NCBI GenBank assembly: GCA_045837725.1
Contig: JBEWZL010000084.1
Coordinates: 372,001-436,000, forward strand
Direction of reading: 5' to 3'
DNA from: Vermamoeba vermiformis
Lineage: Eukaryota
Length of the DNA: 64,000 bases
The notes below the pieces were generated by a model that saw only the letters and a list, made by a program, of their open reading frames with translations, made no database searches and was not told where the DNA came from. The position numbers and the translations under genes are program-made. Below, piece by piece: positions 54,669 to 64,000 of this stretch (its first letter is position 1; each line of letters begins with the position of its first letter).

Positions 54669-54937
54669 AGCGTCGATTAATTTATAGTGTCATAATAAAA
54701 CTTATCTAGAAAATTGCGAACGGGAAAACTCTGAAATCTGGTCTAATGTCGCCTTTTTGAGCACCTGGTGTTTAAATACAGTTTTATCCAGCGATATCGT
54801 ATTGCTACTTTGTGGTGAGTTAAAATGACCATGATTTGATCGCTTATTAAATTTTTTCTCGTCCGAAAGCGCAGCAGATCCGCTCGATTTCTGTATTAAG
54901 ACGAGTTAGCACAGGTACATCAAAGAGCACCTTGAAT

Positions 54938-57241
54938 TTATTTTCGTGTCTTCGAGTTTTGAGTCTTTATCTCAGTATAAGACGCATCTCTGTTATCTTC
55001 TTGTTGTTTGAGCACCAAATTCTGCTTGAACTTTGACCCGGCGACAATATGCTTGATTTTGTTCACTTTTTTAACGATGGCAATGACTTGTTCGAGCGAC
55101 GTGCACGGCCGTTCATCGTCAAAATGAAAAGCTTCGTTGGCGTACATGACTTTAAAGTGTTTGAACGCGCCGTCCTTTGTTCGAGCCGAGAGCGCAAAGT
55201 GGCCAGGAATCGATGATAATCTTATCAATAAGGACCCTGGTTTTTCATCGACAAGTTTTCTTTCGGCCTCCTCGCGACTGAACTCGCCAAAAAATCCTCT
55301 AATTGCAAAAAAAATAAATAATAAAATACTGCCGCAAAATCCTATAGCTACGTACTCGAAAGACCACAGATTAAATATTCGATCCAAAAATGGAATTTGA
55401 CCGTTACGTAACGGTCCGTACCAGGCCAGTGAATTTCCAAACTGCTCGACCGACACTGTCTCGCCATCGCCCATTGCCATTTTAAGGCAACTAAGCTTCG
55501 GATCTGTTTCGTAACTACGAGGCAGCTGCAGATTGAAGTAGGTCACAAAGGCAACCAAAAATCTGGGCCAGGGAACTTGGATCGCGTTGTCAAAAAACCG
55601 CCTCCAAAAAGCTTGCCCATCCGCTGAATTAATACACGACTCGATGATTATTTGAGGGAATATATTCGTTTCAACGATATATTCAAAAGTTGGTCTGGAT
55701 GCCGGATTCTGTGCCCAACAGTCGGTGATGAGCCGATTAAGTAACGGCGGGCAATTCTCCGGAATAGGCAGTCGCTTGCCCTCCACACCGACAGTCCTAA
55801 TAAAATCTTTCGCGAAATTCTCAGAAAAAAAGCTAATTTTGGCCGCATCGTGTAACGTACCAGGAACACTTCGTAGTTGTTTGTGCCAAGGCGTGTATCC
55901 CGTCAATATCTCCCACAATATCATTCCAAACGCGTATACATCTACCAAATATTAATTTAAATACTATATTTTGCGGTATACTTACCAATTTTGTTGAGCA
56001 GATCCGTCTTTTGTTCGCCAGTAAGTACCTCTGGAGCCTGAATAAATAGCTTAGTTCCATTTAAGGTTCAAATATATATCCTTACGAGGTAATTAAGAGT
56101 GCCACCAATTGCCGTAATGTTATCTTTAAATTGCGATATTCCGAAATCAGCCACTTTCACCACCCAGTTATCGCCGATGAACAGATTCGGCGGTTTTAGA
56201 TCAAAGTGATAAATTCCTGCAGTTGTTAGTTACTATTGCTAAGTGCATATTTCTACCTTGTTTATGCAACCAGCACATTCCGAGCGCAACGTCTTGCGCG
56301 ATCAGCATTTTTCGCGTCATCGAAAGTTTCTCCTTTCGCAGCAAAGTACTCAGATTTCCTCGTGGCATTAATTCCGACACTAATTTGATTAATATACGAG
56401 CGATAAGCATGTCTTGTAACGTACAAATTTTTAGCTGGCCTCCTTCCGTACAAATGCCCATGAACAAAAGTAAATTCTCGTGCCGCAGTTTACTATAGTA
56501 TTTTGGTTAAATAATAATGAAAAGAAAGTAATTAACTTACGATGAAATAGAAACTTCGTGTTTGAATTCTTGCAAAGCTTCTCTGCTCAGATCTCCTTTC
56601 AAAATTTTGACAGCAACGTGTTTTCCGCGGCATTTACCCTAAAGACTCGTTCATTAACGGTAATTTTCTTAAATGTATTTGTTATTCTTACTTTATAAAC
56701 GGACGCGTAAGTACCCTCGCCCAACGGAGATTGAAAATCAATTTTGATCTCATTTTCGTGGATCTCCCATCGCCGAATCTCCACATTTTCTTCTCTAAGT
56801 GCGCCGTGTATTGCAGGAGGTAATGCAACTTGAATATCACTACTGAAAGAACGGTATCCAGGACGACCTACATTAATAAAAGAAATCAGTATTCGGATGA
56901 TCTGTGATTCTTTACGGATAAATAGGCAAAAATAAATACCGTGCGATTATTATGATTTAATTATGCCTAAAAATAATTATTATAATATACCTACTCTTTT
57001 TTTGTGTCAAGTCTAAATTCCTAAACTTTTTTTTTAATTCCATTAATGCGTTGCTTTTCTCTCTATATGAATCCCATAATTTGGACTCCTCAATATGAAA
57101 CCGTTCCACTTCAGATCTACGCGAAGGATCCAGATCAACGAATTTCACATCCAGTGCTCGCAATTGTTCGGCAATGTTTGTTATCTCCTTCACTAATTGT
57201 TCCACTGATGCTAGTGGCTGCAATATATCGTGCTCTTCCAT
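54938..57241 (-). CDS. SH2-domain TKL kinase (Dictyostelium Shk-like)
   Basis: LGEGTYASVYK, VAVK, HFDLKPPN, DFG, APE, DVYAFG, then C-terminal SH2 FFGEFSREEAERKL..GSLLIRLS. Confidence 0.9.
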
Positions 57242-57629
57242 CACGGTTAATACAAAACATGATTCGTTCTGGAAATTTGGAATGAAATTATGTCAGCGGA
57301 TGTCACACGTTATTTAATTTTCGAACGAGATTGTTGTGATTGCAAAGGTAATCGAAAATGATGCACAGGATTATCTTACCTTTGTAAACCAAGATTAAAA
57401 CTTAAATCTACGGAGATTCTGCGCTATTCGTGATCCACATCTGAAATAGCTCGCAGTTAGCTCGCCGCCAATAGAATTCTTCAGATCTTCTAACATTACG
57501 TTAATTAATTTAATAGAGCTTATATGTTGTGCACTATATTGTGCCATAGGATAACTTACAACCAAGAAATTACCAGCAGCGAATCTGTATTTAAAATTAA
57601 ACTCCGGCATTGATCTGCCATCTCCCTGA

Positions 57630-58656
57630 TTAATAAGGTAGCCACGGGAATGCAGAGTGATTAGGCGCATCATATTTAGGGTCCAATTGTCGCAAATATG
57701 CAGCGACCTCGAACTTGCCGCGGCTGTGCGCAGTTTGTATCAAGTTCTGTTTGTTCGTCACCAGCACTCCTTTCTCTTCTATTAAGAACTTGAAGCACTC
57801 GACTGACCCTCCTTGAATAGCGTATGAGAATAGGCTTGACTTGTAATCGATGCTCGGATCGACGACATCTAACCGCCGAAGAACATCGATGTTGCCACAA
57901 ACAAGAGCTGCTTGCAATGTTTTTGTGTCGTGAGGGCAGCCACGCTCGTACAAATACTGCAATAGTTCTAAATGTCCATATTTAGCCGCTGCTTCTGTTG
58001 TTTGAGCACTCCAGCGACATCCATTTGAAACCAAGTACTGGATCATTTTTAGATCTCCTTTAAAAGAAAGAAAATTAGGAAATTAATAATCGACGGATAT
58101 GCTATAATTACACTAATATTATAATTAACTCACCTCTCTGCGCGGCGTTAGTACAACATTCGGTGTCCCAAGCACATCCGTTATCGTGCGCGTATTTCAA
58201 GCAATCGAAGTGCCCTCTCCACGCAGCCAGTGCACAGGTCTCCGAGCCCCATTTGCAGCCATGTTCGTGCGCGTAGATCAAGCAGTCTAATTGCCCGTGC
58301 AACGCTGCGTAGTTGGATGTATCTTCAGTCCACTTAGCGCCGTTCTCGTGCAAATATTTCAAGGCCGATAAATGACCCTCAGCTGCCATAGCGATGCACA
58401 TATCATAGCCCCTGAGTGGCACGTAAGAGCCGTTGGATTCGAAGTACTTCGATCTGAGCTCGTGCATCAGTTGTTTTAAATCGCGCGACACCATTCTAAG
58501 AAATGGATAGGTCATTTTAAATGTACCGTGCTCCCATTTAGCGCTGATTGAGCGCACGTGCTGGTGTTTTGGATTCAGAAATTCGATCGGAAGAGTAATT
58601 AGTCGTTCTAATATATTCAGCCATATCTCCTTTGGAAAAATATCGAATGTAGACAT
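57630..58656 (-). CDS. F-box-like + ankyrin repeat protein
   Basis: FDIFPKEIWLNIL, then repeated AA..GHL.CLKYAHE.GC.W units. Confidence 0.85.
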
Positions 58657-59081
58657 TTCACGGGAACAAGACGGAAAAGCTGCTAAGAGATAAGATCTGA
58701 CAATAAAAAAAATTAATACGGGCCAACAATTATTGTAATTCACGTACGGAATAAGGAAAATGTATTTAGTAATAATTTGAGATAGAACTTAAATAAATAA
58801 TATCAAATACTAAGGCGGTGAGCATTTAAAAAAGTATGGCGGGATCTTATTGCTCTCACTTACGATGAAATAATGAAACTCTACAATAATCAAGATCGAA
58901 CAGTCGATATTTGTAATTAAAAGGTTCAATTCTATTTTTCTTCCTTGGTGTAAGTGCAACAATCCAAAAATATTATGCCTTTTAAATCTATTTTTCCAAC
59001 AAAAGCACCTCATATCGCATAATAATCATACATATTCGTTAATAATTTATTACTAGAGCACGCCGATTAAATTCGTTGGAA

Positions 59082-59989
59082 ATGGAATTAAGTGACATCC
59101 GAATTGAAATACCTCCAGAGCTGTGGCAGCAAATTTTGTCATATATTACCGAAAATATAGCACTATTAAATTTTGCGAGAGTATCAACAATGCATAATCA
59201 ACTGGTAAACGACGAACAAGAATGGAAGCGCAGATGTGACACTCGGCCACTAGCCAATTTATTTACAAAATCACCAGAGAGATTATGGAAGGATTTTTAT
59301 TACCGTAAGAGTATTTATCTATTTATTTAACTTATTTTGCTCAATATAATATTTTTCAGAGCCCTCGATCCCGTTGTTTCCTGTTTACAACATTGTCATC
59401 GCCAAAACAGATGTTGTGGAGCGATTTAGCCCATTGGGCTTGGCTAATGTGTCTTCAGAATATCGATTCAGTATAAATGGGCTGTCTGTCACTTCTGCCA
59501 AAAGTGCTCAGCTAGATCCGAGCGGAAAAAAGCTTGTTCGAATGATTACCTCCATGAGACCGAGTAAATTACCTCAGTACGTGATAAAGAGCTTATGATG
59601 GACATTATTATGGCAATATACTGTATGGAGCTGACTATAATTTTTTGTCAGGCACTGGATCGAGCTTGGAATTAGTTGGGATAAGTCATTTGAGGATTAC
59701 AAAGCACTAGCATGGCACTATAATAAGAATTATCAGATAACAACACTTCCTGCACGCAACGCTGAATTTATTGCAGTAATTCAATCGATCGCAAAACATG
59801 AGGACATCTATTACTCAATTGAATTAGGATTCAAAGGTAATTGGTTATTAATGTTCATATTACATCTATTATTAGGCCTAATCGATCTATCATTAAGGCT
59901 CATTGAATGCAATTTCCATCGTTGCGGTACCAAATCTCAAATATCACTACGAATACTTGTACGAGAATAAGGTTATCGAAATTAATTAA
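59082..59989 (+). CDS. F-box protein, four exons
   Basis: IPPELWQQILSYI..LLNFARVS. Exons splice in frame to ...NKVIEIN*. Confidence 0.7.
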
Positions 59990-60126
59990 ATAAACACGTT
60001 ACTGCTTCAAATGGAGGCTAAATACTTCTTAGAATTGATCCAAAACAAAATTGAATCAGATCAGCCTTAAGCGTTACATTTATGCTTAAATAAGAAAACT
60101 GGGCTTTATAATGCTAGGTTAAATCT

Positions 60127-62628
60127 CTATTTTTTTTCAATGTCAATATCGAATATTAACTGCGCGTACTTGTGCTGTTCCATGTCCTTGGCTTTGATCA
60201 GTCGAACAGTACGCACTCCAGGACGAAGATCCGTAGCCTAGTATAATGACTAGATAAGTGCCGTATATCCACATATATTATGATAACCTACTCTTAATGC
60301 GCAGTAGCCAACTGTATCGTCCGTTGAGAATTTAATGTTGTCTCGTACGCTGATCAGTATGAGCGTCAGTTCTGGATGATGTAATTCGAACTCAAATGTT
60401 TCATTCCAGATTGGATTGAGACCATTTAATTCTAGAAAGATAATGGATAATTAAATTGAAGTTCAGTAATCGAATCAAACGGATCCGTTTGTAACGTACC
60501 TACAGTTTTCGTACGAAATTTCATTTTGTCGTGAGGCACGCCATAGAGATGAATTCTAACGAATGGACTGATCACCCTTTTATCAGTCTGTTCAATAGTC
60601 TCACCACTCGTATCGATCTTCACGCTTTTGACTGCTTTGGGAAGTCTCCAACCAGCCACGACCTGTAAATCCATTGCCGTTCAGTGAACGCTGTCTTCAG
60701 TGAACTACTCGATTTGTACGATGTAACTTACGGTGAATTTTACGCGCCATTTCGGTTGAGTTTTTACGAGCGGATCAAACACCGAGCCAGGTGTGCGAAG
60801 TATTTCAGGCTTCAACAGGTAACCACTCGTAGCATAGTCGCGGAACATTCCTTGTTGGAGCCACATCGGCTTTGACGATGTCTGGGCATTACTATATAAG
60901 GAAATGTTTGCGTTAGTACGTTAGAAACTAACCTCAAAGTCACGTGTACAACTAACTTACAGCGCTAAAATTTGAGCCCCAAAAGGCCAGTACTTGGACG
61001 GATTGTAGTTAGAACTGTCGAATCTGATGCCCTTTGGATACACACGCACCAGACACGTGGCTGCATGTTTGAGAAATTGTTTCGCTGACTCGGGGTTTTG
61101 CACGAGCTCATTCAAGTCGGACTCAGAGATATTGATCACATTCCACGGGTGATAAGTGCCTATTATAATAGGCATTAGGGCGAGTGTATCATAGGTGTCG
61201 AGTACTTGCCTGATGGTGAATATTTGACCGTTCTTAAGTGTACTAAGTGCGCGAGAGTGGTGGGAATTGAAGGGTCTGTCTTCTTTTCTTTCATCTCCGC
61301 TTTGAGCAAGATCTTTTTTTTGAGCTCTGCGAGGGTCAACAAGGGCTCAGTGTCTTCGTGCGGGGGTGGCATCAGATCACCTTAAATTACTACGGTTAGA
61401 TATGAATGTGAACCTTAACGATATTTGCATACCAATTTCTTGTTGGAATATCTCGGCCATAGCTAGTTGACCTGCTGGGCTGCAGTGCACTTCGAGCGAT
61501 AAAATCAAAGGGGATCTAGATCGGTGACATGAGTAAAATGTCCTTTCTGAATCGTGAATTATAACTACGACTTACTCCGATGACACGAAGGCGTGCTCTT
61601 TGATGGCGCGCAGAACATTTCTGAGCGTGATCTTCGTGACAAATGTGTGGCCGTGATAAATGATCGGCTCTTTCACATCATCGCCGTCCCAACAGTCCAC
61701 TGATGATAGAACGTCATGATTAGCTCGTTAAGCTCTTATTAATATCATGCCAAGTACTCACGCTCAACGCATCTACTTCCTGCTTTGAGTGCCCTGACAT
61801 ACGCATCCAGCGATGAGGTGCCAAAAAGTTGATCTTTGTCCAAGTATCTAAGCTTGATATGTTAGTAAGGCGTATGGTATACGTTGTAGGCCATACGTAT
61901 TGTGCGACGAAGCGATCCAATAGTGATTGATCGAGTGATCCGCGCTGCATTCGGTAGCATAAGAGGGGTGGAACAACAAACAGTCATTGAAGCCCAAAAC
62001 AAATCTCTCGAAGCCTTCAATCGTTAATCTGTCTTTAATGCTGCTTTGTGTCGCCGATTGTAGCTCTGTTATAAGCGACTCTACCTCTTCAAGCGACAGA
62101 TTTTTCTTAAATAAAAAAACGAGTCAGATCTTCAGGTATATTTGAACTCTCAGTTACCTTCTGCCTACGAGCTAAAAAGGTCTTAAATTCCTCGGCGAAC
62201 AATGAGTCTTTTGAGGTCTTTCCGTATTTCTCGACGATTGAATTCCAAAGCGGATCTAAATTGGGCGATGTCAAGCGATATTTTTGTTTGAAGCTCGTCC
62301 ATTCTTCCAAGCTTAACTTTTTGTTGCTATCAAGATCAACTTCCTATTATTAATGTCAATAACAAGGTCGATTGATCAACTAACATTAAAAAGATTTTCT
62401 CAAATTCAATTTAATATTTAATTCATACCTTAATTCGTTTATTGAGTTCGTGCTTTGTTAATTCGATATTAAGGCTCGCTAAGTACTCGGTGATTTGCTG
62501 CACTGTAAGCTCGCTGTTTTGATCCATATCAGCTGGCAAATAACTATAGAGCGGTAATTATTAGAAATCGCGTAAATATTGTTATTAGTATACCTGACAA
62601 GTGTATTTTTACTCGGAGGTGCCGTCAT
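60127..62628 (-). CDS. Phosphoinositide-specific phospholipase C (EF-hand, X, Y, C2)
   Basis: [54 protein letters not shown]2 [10 protein letters not shown]. Confidence 0.95.
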
Positions 62629-62840
62629 GGTCGCTTGCGTGCTTTTTTAACGGAAAATATCTTGAAATGTCATCGAACCTTTTTGACATTTTAACTTTTG
62701 CCTTAATTACTCGTGCGGCTTAATTTTAATACGAAAATAGAAATATATGTACTATAGGTATCGAGGATTAGTAAAATAAGCCCGTTAGATTTGCAAAGGA
62801 TAAATTTTTACATAATATGGTACAAATTTAATGTTAAAAG

Positions 62841-63556
62841 CTAGATCCGATGATTTCTAAACTTATTTACGTCAGAATTAGGGTCACTATTTTGCAGTTC
62901 ATAGTATTTCCGTAGCAATTCTTTTTTGGCCTCTCGTTTTCTCTTTCGTTCCTCTTCGGTATCAAAATCGATCACTAAAATAGAGTTATTAGATGTTCTA
63001 ACCGTTATTTACAAGTATAATATTAAAATAAATAAATTATAGATTAAATTTGATCGCTTACAAACTGGCGCGGGCTCTTTTGGACTCCAATGTATCGATT
63101 GATGTGCTTCTAGCGGCATTTTTCTGAATACTTCGTAAGGTACTTGCACACCCGCTATAATATACTATTAGTATCATATTATTGTGGCAATACAGTTGAA
63201 TATTGGTTGTTTAACAGAGGGGCGACCCGAGCAAAATAAACCAAAATTGTTAAATTACCTCGACGCCATTTGTCGTAAAAATTCCTTTCATTATCGTCCT
63301 TTAACGTATCATAAGCCTTTTTTAATTTCAACCACTGCTCTTTTTTCTTCTCATCTCCTGTTCAGTGAAAATAATCTCGTTATCTACACTCCAAAAAATG
63401 TATTAAATTATTCTATTTACCTGGCCATTTATCTGGGTGTAAATCTAAACTTTTCTTGCGATATTCAGCCGTGATCTGCTCTTTTGTTGAATGTTCAGTG
63501 CAGCCTAAAACGCCATAGAAGTCGTCGTGCTCTCCTTGCAATATTTCTCCTATCAT
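62841..63556 (-). CDS. DNAJC12: DNAJC12-like J-domain co-chaperone
   Basis: Four exons: DFYGVLGCTEHSTKEQITAEYRKKSLDLHPDK, SIHW, C-terminal KFRNHRI*. Absent from the ORF track. Confidence 0.85.
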
Positions 63557-63673
63557 TTGACTATTTTACTGCAGCTGGTGCTTCAACGAGCGAGATCTGA
63601 AAAAATGGCGGCTTTGGGACGTATTAAACAGCCTTGGGACAAAAAAGAAATTTCCAAAATATCTGTCGTTTAA

Positions 63674-64000
63674 TTAATTATATACAGATGATACAGGCGA
63701 CAAGATATATGATTCTTGCGTCAACAACTGTGGCGAAGACGACCACATATAGCAAACAGCAGACGGTCGAACAGATTTGACTGGAGAACTGTCGTAAATG
63801 CTCGGCTGCTGTGTTAATAGCTCCATATTTTCATCATTGGTATTATACATTGTTGATTTCCGTTGCGTGGCTCCAAACTCTGCCATGACGTCTTCAACCT
63901 CCGGCAGATCCAAAAACGACTTGATCTGTTCAGTGTTCAACTGTGCCTCGGCCGATATATTTACATGTGTTAAGGCCGAACCACTGAGGATAGTGCTATG
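63674..64000 (-). CDS. 3' part of an unidentified gene running off the window
   Basis: Open frame from the window edge to a stop at 63674. No motif recognised. Confidence 0.35.
   Translation of the reverse strand, partial: HSTILSGSALTHVNISAEAQLNTEQIKSFLDLPEVEDVMAEFGATQRKSTMYNTNDENMELLTQQPSIYDSSPVKSVRPSAVCYMWSSSPQLLTQESYILSPVSSVYN

Noticed and set aside
1-64000. CRISPR arrays, tRNA/rRNA genes, transposases, prokaryotic operons
   Set aside because: None recognised. The palindromes are dispersed rather than regularly spaced, and the DNA is spliceosomal-intron-rich eukaryotic sequence.

Overview
Gene-dense, AT-rich, intron-rich eukaryotic DNA with short GT-AG introns, so the ORF track shows only exon fragments. 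An SH2-containing TKL kinase of the Dictyostelium Shk type points to an amoebozoan protist; the species cannot be identified from sequence alone. About 35 genes were assembled by manual splicing. Recognisable housekeeping genes are RidA, ABHD11, misato, NDUFB11, ADAT3, NRAMP, GRWD1, PLD, BLOC1S4, PI-PLC, DNAJC12 and a serpin, alongside seven F-box genes. The main candidates for novelty are: (1) a spliced gene fusing a Pol-beta-type nucleotidyltransferase to an Rnl1-like RNA ligase with degenerate motifs IV/V; (2) two tandem genes fusing an SLC35/TPT-like transporter domain to a polysaccharide pyruvyltransferase, next to a GT32 glycosyltransferase; (3) an Elongin-C-like + Elongin-A-like + LRR fusion; (4) a dispersed 12-bp palindrome TGACACGTGTCA with 10 perfect copies; (5) a CpG-depleted island over an F-box gene; (6) an internally deleted, frameshifted L-type lectin. 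All family assignments come from motif recognition by eye, and no database searches were run.
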